Below the pieces are notes generated by a model, which worked only from the letters and a program-made list of their open reading frames with translations, made no database searches and had not been told where the DNA came from. Of a stretch of DNA of 20,000 nt, positions 1 through 8,262 are shown one piece after another. A program made the position numbers and the translations under genes. The stretch is from positions 113,581 through 133,580 of the forward strand of contig JACPUC010000017.1 of assembly GCA_016192455.1 (NCBI GenBank), given 5' to 3'. Positions within the stretch are counted from its first letter, which is position 1; each line of letters starts with the position of its first letter. Source of the stretch: Candidatus Tectimicrobiota bacterium. GTDB lineage: Bacteria > JACPUC01.

Positions 1-241
1 CGATCCTCACGCCCTTCGTATCAACCCCGGCGATCATCTGCCGGAGATCGTGCTCGAGAGTCTCCAGGAGCCGCGTGATCATGGTTCCGCTGTAGGCGAC
101 GTACGAGATCGATCGGCTGTCGACGATGTGCAGCACCTCGATGCTCGCGTTGAACTCCCGCGCGAGGTCAATGGCGAACGCGAGGGCCTCTTTCGATCCC
201 TCCGAATAGTCGACCGGCACCAGAATCTTCTCGAGTTTCAT
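1..241 (-). CDS. Universal stress protein (UspA family), 5' part; runs off the window start
   Basis: Not in ORF track. Manual translation from ATG at 241: MKLEKILVPVDYSEGSKEALAFAIDLAREFNASIEVLHIVD..., the typical USP N-terminus (ILVPVDxS...A...LHVV). AGGGAG RBS lies 7 nt upstream. Confidence 0.92.
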   Translation of the reverse strand, partial: MKLEKILVPVDYSEGSKEALAFAIDLAREFNASIEVLHIVDSRSISYVAYSGTMITRLLETLEHDLRQMIAGVDTKGVRI

Positions 242-522
242 GGACTAGCTCCCTGCCCCTGAGGACCGAGGGGATCGCGCGGACCCCCTCTCAACGCCGT
301 ACCAGATGCACCCCATCGAGGGCCCCGACAACGTCGATGCTCCCTGCAACGGCATCGGGGCGGCCACGTTCACCTCCTGCCTCGCGCCCGGCGCCCCATG
401 CCCTCGGCAGACATCGGCCACCCCTCCCTGCCCCAGCGCCATGGCCGAACGACTCGCTCCCCGGCGGACGGGGCAAGTGCCGGAGCAGCGCGCCGGAGCG
501 GCACGCTCACCGCCGTGACGGG

Positions 523-687
523 CTAGTTGCCGGACCCCGAGGTCACCCTCGCCGCCTTGCCGAAAAGTGGACGCTGCGAGGCGGGCGGCGTGGTCTTCTC
601 TTCGAGGCGGACGAACTGTGCCGCCGCGTAGAGGAAGAAGATGGCGGCTAACATGTTGCTGATTATGAGGAGCCAGCGAGGCATCAT
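523..687 (-). CDS. Putative small membrane protein (~54 aa)
   Basis: MMPRWLLIISNMLAAIFFLYAAAQFVRLEEK... has one hydrophobic helix and then a polar tail, unlike the Arg/Pro/Gly-rich shadow ORFs. Co-oriented between rhodanese and USP. No clear RBS. Confidence 0.45.
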   Translation of the reverse strand: MMPRWLLIISNMLAAIFFLYAAAQFVRLEEKTTPPASQRPLFGKAARVTSGSGN

Positions 688-855
688 CCGTACCCGAAGT
701 TGTGGTTCCCCGCCCACGGCGCGGCCCGTCGCGACCCTCGCCCGCGCGAGCCATCGCCGCGCACCGGGCGCAACCTCCCGCCCACGGCGGCACTCCACCG
801 CCACGTCTCCGACCCCTGCCCGCTCCACACGGGCGGCGGAGCCTCAGCACACACC

Positions 856-1776
856 TCAGCGCTCAATCGGCAGATCGTCGCGATTGCCCCACTCCGCCCA
901 CGAGCCGTCATAGCCACGCACCGTCGGATACCCCAGATTGCGCAGAGTTACATACGTGTGGGCGGCGCGGTGCATGGTCTGGCAGTAGACCACCACCTCC
1001 TTGTCCTTGGTGATGCCCTTGGCCTCGTACATCGCCGCGAGATCGCGCGCCCCCTTCCAGCGCGGCCCCTGCGCGCCCCCCTCAAGGTTCTCCAACCACT
1101 CAATATGCTTCGCGCCGGGGATATGGCCACCCCGTTTTGCACGCACCTGCGCGCCCGTGTACTCAGCGGCGCTGCGGGCATCGACGATCGCCACCTTCGG
1201 GTTGGTCAGCTTGCCGCGCAGCTCCTCCGCCGTGATGATGAGCTGGGGTTGCAACGCAACCTGGAAGGTTGCCGGCGTCACCGTGGGGAGAGTGGTCGTC
1301 ACGGCTCCGCCGTCGCTCCGCCAAGCCTTCAGGCCGCCGTCGAGCAGCTTGACGTTCTGGTGCCCGGCGTACTCGAGCGTCCAGAAGAGGCGCGCCGCGT
1401 TCAGCCCGCTGTCGGCATCATAGACGACGACGGGCGTCTGGCGGCTGACGCCCCGCTCGCCGACCGCCTTTGCGATCACCTCCGCAGACGCCGCCATGCC
1501 GGGCACGCCCTTGACGGTGGCGCGGACGGCATCCTGCGGCAAGCTCAGCGCCCCCGGCAGGTGGCCCGCCGCGTACTCCTCAGCGCTGCGCGCGTCGAGG
1601 ATGCGCAGCGTCGGGTCGCTGAGCCGGGCGCGCAGCCACGTCACATCAACGATTACCTGCGCCTGACTGCTGGCTACCGGCGCGGCTGCCAGCCAGATGG
1701 CGAGAATCGCCAGGCCGGCCAGGATGATGAGCGCACCCTGCGTTCTCTTACCGTTGCACCAATGCCGACTGCTCAT
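856..1776 (-). CDS. Tandem-domain rhodanese / sulfurtransferase with N-terminal signal peptide
   Basis: Motifs LDARS..EY..GHLPGA, VVVYD, ARLFWTLEYAGH..V.LLDGG, GHIPGA, active-site loop YCQTMHRAA and C-terminal YDGSWAEWG. Hydrophobic N-terminus ending ..SSQA. TAAGGAG RBS. Confidence 0.95.
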   Translation of the reverse strand: MSSRHWCNGKRTQGALIILAGLAILAIWLAAAPVASSQAQVIVDVTWLRARLSDPTLRILDARSAEEYAAGHLPGALSLPQDAVRATVKGVPGMAASAEVIAKAVGERGVSRQTPVVVYDADSGLNAARLFWTLEYAGHQNVKLLDGGLKAWRSDGGAVTTTLPTVTPATFQVALQPQLIITAEELRGKLTNPKVAIVDARSAAEYTGAQVRAKRGGHIPGAKHIEWLENLEGGAQGPRWKGARDLAAMYEAKGITKDKEVVVYCQTMHRAAHTYVTLRNLGYPTVRGYDGSWAEWGNRDDLPIER

Positions 1777-2135
1777 TGCGCACGCTCCTTACTCATAGGG
1801 GGCCCCAAAGCCCCCGTCCGCTCTGATGCCGCGCCTGACCGCGCGGACCTCCACCGGTGCCCCACTGCTCAGGGGGCGGCCTTGATCCGTACCCCGCGAA
1901 AGCTTCCGCGGCTCGTCGCGCAGCAGCAGCGGCACGCCGCGCACGCTCCTCTCTGTGGCGCCACGACTGGGAAGATGCAAGCTTTCCGTCGTTGCGTTGG
2001 GTCCTCCCCTTTTCCTTGTCTTGGGATGAAAGACCCACCGTGAAGAAACCTTGACCTTTCGCCCGCGGCAGGCGTAGAGACTCCTCCGGAAACCTCATGG
2101 AGATTGGACCCCTCTGGCGACCTTCTTCTTTTCCC

Positions 2136-2164
2136 TTGCGCCTCGATCCCGTCCGGGACATACT
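2136..2164 (+). promoter_or_regulatory. Candidate sigma70 promoter TTGCGC-N17-CATACT
   Basis: -35 at 2136-2141, -10 at 2159-2164, 17-nt spacer, preceded by a pyrimidine-rich tract. Lies directly before a structured region. Confidence 0.45.
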
Positions 2165-2165
2165 A

Positions 2166-2467
2166 GGTTGTTGCGACGCCAACCCCCAGCAACGATTGAC
2201 GTTTCCCGAAGGAAGCAGCGGGGCTGTCGCAGCGGTTCACCTTCCCTCCTGACCCCGCCTATGGAAGACCTAGCTCGCGCGCCCCTGTCGGACCAAGACC
2301 GGGGCATGCTCGCGGTAAGCCCGTGCTCTGCCCGCCCAGGTTTCGGAGAGGCGGGCCTGCTGGTGAGTGAGAGCCGGAGTTCTGGCGTTTACGTTGATCC
2401 ATCGGATGGGTGAGAGGCCGGGCTGGCTTCACTCGACCCCGGCCAGTGAAGGCAGCTCTGAAACCTG
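2166..2467 (+). ncRNA. Candidate structured RNA or long structured 5' leader (family unassigned)
   Basis: Hand-found helices: 2166-2177/2226-2237; 2337-2348/2456-2467; 2365-2377/2423-2434; apical ATCC-atc-GGAT. Several G-U pairs work only on the + strand. No credible ORF. Confidence 0.35.
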
Positions 2468-2704
2468 AGAAAGCGCGCGGCGTGGTTCGGAACCCTCCGC
2501 GCAGCGCGCCGCGGGGGGAGGATCGGTCCGGCCCAGACCAGGCGCGGTGCCGCCCCGGAATGCCGCACGTCAGAGGGCGCCGCGCCGGACGGTCAGGCCA
2601 ACAACATCCTCCTTTGAACGACGCTCTATCTTCTTAGACGACCGCCTGTTCCATGCCGGCGTCGGCGGTAGGCTCGAGATCTCTCCCCGTGCTTCGAGGT
2701 GTGC

Positions 2705-4093
2705 ATGCGACGTCTCTTCTACCCCAAGAGCCTGGCAATTGCGGGACTCTCACCGTCGCCGAGCAATCTGGCCCAGAACATCCTCACCAATCTGCAGCGC
2801 TTCGGCTATCGAGGCAAGGTCTACGGCGTCGGCCGTCAGCGCGGATCGGTTCTCGGGGTGACCATCTACCCGTCGATCGCCGACCTCCCCGAGGTGGTGG
2901 ACGTGGTGGTGGTGCTGACCCCGTCGCACCTGCTGCCGGGGCTGATCAGGGAGTGCGCCGCCAAGGGTATCCATCGCGGCGTCGTCCACTCGGCAGGGCT
3001 CACCGAGTATGGCGAGGGGCGCCGGGAGTTGGAGGAGGAGATTCTCGCCGCGGCGCGCCAGCACGACTTCTTCTTCGTCGGTCCCAACTGCCAGGGCGTC
3101 ATCAACCTCCTCAACGGCTTCGCGGCCCCCTTCTCGCCCCTCGATGCCACCTACTTCCGCCAGGGGGACGTGGGCATCTTCTCGCAGAGCGGCACGGTGG
3201 GATTCTTCCTGGCTTACGCTCTCGCGGAAGCGCGCCTCGGCGCCAGCACGATGATCAGCGGCGGCAACAAGCTCACCTTGGATGAAGTGGACTACCTGCG
3301 CTACTTCATCGAGGACCCGGCCACCGCCACGATCTACTTCCACCTCGAGGGCTTCAAGCGGGCGCGCGAGTTCTTCGCGCTTGCCGCGCGCAGCCCAAAA
3401 CCGATCCTCCTCTACAAATCGAACATCCACCCCTCGAGCAGCCGTGCCGCGGCCTCGCACACAGCGGCGATCTCCAGCGATGACCGCATGGTCAGCGCAG
3501 CGGCCCGGCAAGCCGGCGTCATTCGCGTCACGCGGCCCTACGCGGAAGCGGTGAACGCGGTGCGGGCCTTGCGCCTGCCGCCGCTGCGCGGTCGGCGCCT
3601 CGGCCTCGTCTCCGGTTCCGGCGGCAACTGCATCATCCTGGCCGACCTGGCGCGGGACTACGGATTTGAGTTCCCCGCGCTCCCGGAGGAGATCCTGAAG
3701 ACGGTCGCCGGATTCGGACGGGCCGGCGTCTTCAACCTTGGGAACCCCCTGGATGTCGGCGACGTTTTTCAGGGGCGCGAGCAATGGGAGGCGATTCGAC
3801 TGGTTGCCGAGACCGCCTCGGTGGATGGGGTGGTGGCGGCGCTCTTCCACCTCCCGCTCATGGAGGAGAGCGCGACGTCGAAGTACCTCCAGCACCTCCG
3901 CAACGCCCAGGAGCTGTCGCAACGCTTGAATCGGCCCATCGCCATGGTGCACGCCGGGCATCCACGACACTACCCGGAGCTCCTGGATGCGGCGCCAGTG
4001 GAGCTCTTCCCGCATCTCGCCGACGCCATGGAGGGACTGGCGCACCAGCGCGCCTACTGGGCTTGGCGGGCGGTTCGGGATCGCGGCAGGTAG
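2705..4093 (+). CDS. ADP-forming acyl-CoA synthetase alpha subunit (CoA-binding plus two ligase/flavodoxin-like domains)
   Basis: LFYPKSLAIAG N-terminus, YPSIADLPEVVD, VGPNCQG, FSQSG, GNK, AAASHTAA (phospho-His), SGSGG, GNPLDV. GAGG RBS before ATG 2705; the ORF track starts at GTG 2699. No ATP-grasp domain. Confidence 0.9.
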   Translation: MRRLFYPKSLAIAGLSPSPSNLAQNILTNLQRFGYRGKVYGVGRQRGSVLGVTIYPSIADLPEVVDVVVVLTPSHLLPGLIRECAAKGIHRGVVHSAGLTEYGEGRRELEEEILAAARQHDFFFVGPNCQGVINLLNGFAAPFSPLDATYFRQGDVGIFSQSGTVGFFLAYALAEARLGASTMISGGNKLTLDEVDYLRYFIEDPATATIYFHLEGFKRAREFFALAARSPKPILLYKSNIHPSSSRAAASHTAAISSDDRMVSAAARQAGVIRVTRPYAEAVNAVRALRLPPLRGRRLGLVSGSGGNCIILADLARDYGFEFPALPEEILKTVAGFGRAGVFNLGNPLDVGDVFQGREQWEAIRLVAETASVDGVVAALFHLPLMEESATSKYLQHLRNAQELSQRLNRPIAMVHAGHPRHYPELLDAAPVELFPHLADAMEGLAHQRAYWAWRAVRDRGR

Positions 4094-4291
4094 GGGTGCG
4101 CGAAAGGGCGTGGTAGGTCGCCGGCCGATGAGCTGATCCACCCGCGCCCGACGCGACGCTCGCAAGTCGGCAGGCGCGGAGCCGAGCCGCGCGAAGAAGT
4201 GGCGCCCCCCGCCCGCCCACCGGCGCTAGCGCCGGAGCACCGCGGGCGCCCCGGCAACGGCCCGCGGCCCACGTAGCGTGCGCAACCTGCA

Positions 4292-5116
4292 ATGCCCGAG
4301 CTCCCAGAGGTTGAAACGATTCGCCGCAGCCTGCTGCCCCATCTGGTGGGACAGCAGTTCCGCGGGGTCACCGTGCGCCAGGCGTCACTGCGCGAGCCGG
4401 TCGATGCCGCCGCCCTTCAGAGGCTGGTGACGGGGCAGCGCATCATCGGCCTGAGCAGGCGCGCCAAGTACCTCTTGGTGCACCTGGCGTCGGGCCACCT
4501 CCTCGCCTTCCACCTGGGCATGACGGGTCGCCTTCTCATTGCGTCCAGCAACCGAGCCATCGAGCCCCACGACCACCTTATCTTCCATCTCGAGCACGGG
4601 CGCGAACTGCGCTTCCACGATGTGCGGCGCTTCGGACGTTGCTTCGTCATCGCCGCCGCGGAGTTGGCGAGCCACCCGCGCTTCCGGCGCCTCGGCATCG
4701 ACCCCCTCGAGCCGGAATGCTCCGCCGACTACCTCCGCGCTCGTGCACGCAGCGTGCGCAAACCGGTGAAGAACCTCCTCATGGATGGAACGGTGCTCAG
4801 TGGCGTCGGGAACATCTACGCCAACGAAGCGCTCCACCTCGCCGCCATCAACCCGAGGACGCCCGCCGGCAGGCTGGGGCGCGCGCGCTGGGAACGTCTC
4901 CGCACTGCGCTCCGCCGGGTGCTCGAGGAGGCGCTGTGCCAGGGAGGGACGACGTTCTCCGACTTCGTCGACGGCGAGGGCCGGCGGGGCTACTTCGCCC
5001 TTGCGTTGCGGGTGTACGGCCGTCAGGGCCAGCCCTGCCCACGCTGCGGCAGGCCAATTCGGCGCTTCGTCCAGGCAGGCCGCAGCACCTTTTACTGCCC
5101 CTCCTGCCAGCACTGA
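4292..5116 (+). CDS. mutM: Formamidopyrimidine-DNA glycosylase (Fpg/MutM)
   Basis: MPELPEVE N-terminus, RRAKYL, HLGMTG, D.RRFG, H2TH motif GVGNIYANE, C-terminal zinc finger CPRC...CPSCQ. Confidence 0.98.
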   Translation: MPELPEVETIRRSLLPHLVGQQFRGVTVRQASLREPVDAAALQRLVTGQRIIGLSRRAKYLLVHLASGHLLAFHLGMTGRLLIASSNRAIEPHDHLIFHLEHGRELRFHDVRRFGRCFVIAAAELASHPRFRRLGIDPLEPECSADYLRARARSVRKPVKNLLMDGTVLSGVGNIYANEALHLAAINPRTPAGRLGRARWERLRTALRRVLEEALCQGGTTFSDFVDGEGRRGYFALALRVYGRQGQPCPRCGRPIRRFVQAGRSTFYCPSCQH

Positions 5117-5463
5117 GACGCAGGGCGACGTCGGCCGGCGCGAGGTGCGTCCGAAATTCCTTAGGCTGGCATGGGGCCCCGCCTCCCCGCCGCGCACGGG
5201 AGTGCGGCCGGCGATCGGCGCCTCCATCGCGTGTGGTAGGCGCCGCCCCCACCCCTGACTCCCAGCGAGAGGAAACGGCTGCGCCAGCGGAAGGGAATCG
5301 ATGCCTCCCTCGAACGACCTCCGCGCCTTTGCCGCTCACCTTGCGTCAAATCCTTCCGGCTTTTGCAGCGGTTTCGTCTCCGACCTCATTCGCTGAACGC
5401 CTCCGCGGCTGAGCGTCGCTCAAGCGGCACGCTGAGCTGCGCCGCCGCGCGGCCTGCCGTTCC

Positions 5464-5492
5464 TTGACAGCCTCGCACACCCTTGCTATAGG
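5464..5492 (+). promoter_or_regulatory. Candidate sigma70 promoter TTGACA-N17-TATAGG with extended -10 TG
   Basis: Perfect -35 at 5464-5469, 17-nt spacer, TGc-TATAGG at 5484-5492, pointing into the liv region. Confidence 0.6.
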
Positions 5493-5889
5493 AAGGTGCG
5501 GATCATCCATCGCTGCGGGCAGGTGGGTGGTCAAGGAAGAAGCGTGTCTCCCCGCATGCAACGTCTGTCTCGCTTGCGATTGTTCGCTCTCCGGCGGGGC
5601 TCCGTGTTCCTCGCGCAGGGGGCGCGAGGTGCCGGCGCCGATCTGGCGTAGGAAACACCCGCTACCACCGAAGCATCACCCAGACACCGATGTGGAAGAG
5701 AACGGCGTCGGTGGCGTCCCTTCATGTCGAGGTTCGACGAGTAGCAGACGCCGAGGCGCCGGGCAATTTCCATCATGCCAGGCGGCCGGGTGCCGAGCGT
5801 GAGAGCAGAGGTTTCCCGCGCACCGTCCTGGGGTGACAGCCAGTCAAGGGGTCGGTACTGCCATCTCGTCCGCCGTCCCGCCCTCTCAG

Positions 5890-6164
5890 GGGGGAACGGC
5901 TACCAGGAATCGGCGATCCGCATGGCGGCCTCCCAGCGCCTGAAGACCGTGATCGAAGCCACCGGCAGCCTCGATCGCGAGAAGGTCCGCAAGACCGTGT
6001 GGGAGACCACGGTCCCCACCGTCAGGGGCGTGATCTCCATTGATGAGCGCGGCATGGGCAGCATGTCCCCAAGCCTCGTCCAGATCCATAACAGGCGCAT
6101 GGTCTCCATCTACCCGCTGGAACTGGCGAAGAAGAACCACGTCTACCCAACCCCTTGGAAGTAG
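5890..6164 (+). pseudogene. C-terminal remnant of a LivK/LivJ-type ABC substrate-binding protein
   Basis: ...IEATGSLDREKVRKTVWETTVPTVRGVISIDERG...VQIHNRRMVSIYPLELAKKNHVYPTPWK* resembles the last ~90 aa of branched-chain amino acid binding proteins and sits just before livH. The upstream part of the ORF is not protein-like and is far too short. Left boundary approximate. Confidence 0.8.
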
Positions 6165-6262
6165 CGGCACGCAGGAGGGCGCCCAGGGAGCCGGCCGCGC
6201 GCCCTCAGCACTGCCGGTGAGGGCAACGCCACGGGGTGGCGGCCAGGCTGGGTAAAGAGTTC

Positions 6263-7135
6263 ATGGCAACCGTCTCCCTGCAGTTGATCATCGGTGGCAT
6301 CCTGCAAGGGGGTATCTACGCCCTGGCGGCCTTCGGGCTGTCGCTCATCTTTGGGGTGTCGAACATTCTCAACCTCGCCCATGGCGAATTCCTCATGCTC
6401 GGCGCCATGGTGAGCTTCCTCGTGTACACGGGAACAGAGCTGTCGCCCTTCGTCACCGCCCTGGGGCTGATCCCCCTGTTCTTCGCCGTCGGGTCGCTCT
6501 TCGAGCGCGGTCTCATCCGCCCGCTCTCGGGGCGACCCGATCACATGCGGCTGGTTGCCTCCATCCTGGTGACGCTGGGCGCCTCCATTGCCATCGAGGA
6601 TTTCGCCTCCTTCGCCTTCGGGCCGAACGAGAAGGCACTGGCGTACACCCTGCCCTCCTTTCAAGTTGGGCCGATCATTGTCTCCACCATTCGTCTCGCT
6701 GGCTTGGCCTTCATTCTGGTGTTGACGCTGGCCCTGCACACCTTCCTGAAACGCACCTACCAGGGCCGCGCCATCGTGGCGACCACCCAGAGTCGCCGCG
6801 GCGCCATGCTCGTCGGGGTGAACATTCAGCGCGTCGCCAACCTCTCGTTCGGCATCGGCGCCATCCTGGCGGCGCTTGCCGGGGTGTTCTTCGTCATCAT
6901 GTTTCCGGTGACGCCGTATGTCGGCTTGCCGTTGACATTGAAGTATCTCTGCATCATCGTGCTCGGCGGGCTTGGCAGCCTCTTTGGCACGCTTCTTGGC
7001 GGGCTGGTTCTGGGGCTGGTGGAGATCCTCGTCGCCTACTACAGCCCGCACTGGTCAGAAACCTCGGCGTTCATCATCCTGGTGCTCATCCTCCTCATCC
7101 GCCCCCAGGGGCTGTTTGGACGCTTCTCAGGCTAG
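6263..7135 (+). CDS. livH: Branched-chain amino acid-type ABC permease LivH
   Basis: GGIYALAAFGLSLIFGVSNILNLAHGEFLMLGA, GRAIVA, IVLGGLGS..G...GGL, RPQGLFG. Start at ATG 6263. Confidence 0.95.
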   Translation: MATVSLQLIIGGILQGGIYALAAFGLSLIFGVSNILNLAHGEFLMLGAMVSFLVYTGTELSPFVTALGLIPLFFAVGSLFERGLIRPLSGRPDHMRLVASILVTLGASIAIEDFASFAFGPNEKALAYTLPSFQVGPIIVSTIRLAGLAFILVLTLALHTFLKRTYQGRAIVATTQSRRGAMLVGVNIQRVANLSFGIGAILAALAGVFFVIMFPVTPYVGLPLTLKYLCIIVLGGLGSLFGTLLGGLVLGLVEILVAYYSPHWSETSAFIILVLILLIRPQGLFGRFSG

Positions 7136-7219
7136 CGGCCGGCGGACCGTCGCAGCGTCGCCCGCCGCATCCCCAGAGGTATGACGCCCGCGGCTGGGGA
7201 ACCAAGAGAGGGAGTGCCG

Positions 7220-8143
7220 ATGCGCACCACGCTGCTGCTGCTCTTGGTGGCGTTCTTAGCCTCGATCCCCTTCCTGGGGTCGAGCTACTTGCCGACCTTC
7301 TTCATCATCCTGTTCATGAACCTCATCCTGGCATCGAGCTACGACATCGTCGGCGGCTACCTCGGCTACGTCAACCTCGGGCACGCCGTCTTCTTCGGCC
7401 TCGGCGCCTACACCTTCGGCATCACCTGGAACGCGCAGGCGCCGCTCGGCGTGGCCTTCGTCTGCGCGGTGGCGGCGGCGGTGATCTTCGCGGCGCTGAT
7501 GGCCTACCCCTTCTTCCGCCTGCACGGCGCTTACTTCTCCCTGGGCACCTTCGGGCTCATCCGCCTCTTCGAGCTCCTGGCCTTCAACTTCGGCAGCCTG
7601 ACGGGAGGCTCGGGCGGCCTCAGCGTCCCTTCCAGCTACCGGCTCCTGCCGACCTTCTACACCACACTCATTCTGGCCCTCCTGACGCTCGCCATCGTTT
7701 ACAAGATCGCCAAGTCGCGCCTGGGGCTGGCTTTCGTGAGCATCCGCGAGGACGAGAAGGTGGCGCGCGACTTCGGCGTCCCGGTGCTGCGCTACCAAAC
7801 CCTCGCCCTCATGCTCAGCGCCAGCATTGCCGGTCTCATGGGGGCGGTCTACACCTGGTACATCATCTACATCAACCCGGAGGCGGTTTTCGGCACGGAG
7901 ATGGCCCTGCTGCCGGTGGCCATGGCCATGCTCGGCGGCACCGGCGCCATCGCCGGCCCGGTGATCGGCGCCGTTTTCATCTCCATCGTCGAGGAGTTCC
8001 TGTGGACGAAACTCCCGTACCTGCACTTGGCGGCATATGGGCTGGTCATTGCGGGGGTGGGGTTGTTCATGCCGGGCGGCATTGTGCGGGTGCCGTTCAT
8101 CGAGGCTCGCTTGCGCTGGCTTGGACTGGTCGAAGATCTTTGA
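7220..8143 (+). CDS. livM: Branched-chain amino acid-type ABC permease LivM
   Basis: GYLGYVNLGHAVFFGLGAY, RLHGAYFSLGT, LTGGSGG, SIREDE..A..FGV, MLGGTG...GPVIGA, FMPGGI. GAGGGAG RBS before ATG 7220. Confidence 0.95.
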   Translation: MRTTLLLLLVAFLASIPFLGSSYLPTFFIILFMNLILASSYDIVGGYLGYVNLGHAVFFGLGAYTFGITWNAQAPLGVAFVCAVAAAVIFAALMAYPFFRLHGAYFSLGTFGLIRLFELLAFNFGSLTGGSGGLSVPSSYRLLPTFYTTLILALLTLAIVYKIAKSRLGLAFVSIREDEKVARDFGVPVLRYQTLALMLSASIAGLMGAVYTWYIIYINPEAVFGTEMALLPVAMAMLGGTGAIAGPVIGAVFISIVEEFLWTKLPYLHLAAYGLVIAGVGLFMPGGIVRVPFIEARLRWLGLVEDL

Positions 8144-8262
8144 AAGAGAGCAGCGGCTCTCTCCCGCGAGGTGCGTCGTCGCGGTGGGCGGGTCGTCAGG
8201 CCGCGGCGGGGTGACGCGGGCGCCTCGACTCTTCGTGACAGGCAGCTCTTGAGCAGGCAATC

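Noticed and set aside
709-789. 13-nt direct repeat CCCGCCCACGGCG (709-721 and 777-789)
   Set aside because: Only two copies, nearly all G/C, so plausible by chance; not a CRISPR array.
700-2043. 447-aa + strand ORF, and similar long ORFs at 2750-4165, 6143-7051, 7256-8260, 7867-9006, 9755-11131, 11596-12849, 13714-15042 and 16323-17264
   Set aside because: Antisense shadows of well-supported genes in high-GC DNA; no recognisable motifs.
2196-2220. Call as SRP RNA (ffs) from GAAGGAAGCAGC
   Set aside because: The conserved 5' CAGG of the symmetric loop is missing and the tetraloop is CGAA, not GNRA. Kept only as an unassigned stem-loop.
4098-4140. Hammerhead-like GAAA ... CCGATGAG
   Set aside because: The core would need CUGAnGA, and the three flanking helices cannot be built.
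5531-5776. Minus-strand ORF starting MMEIARRLGV, like an HTH or transposase fragment
   Set aside because: Similarity covers about 9 residues; no other transposase motifs or terminal repeats.
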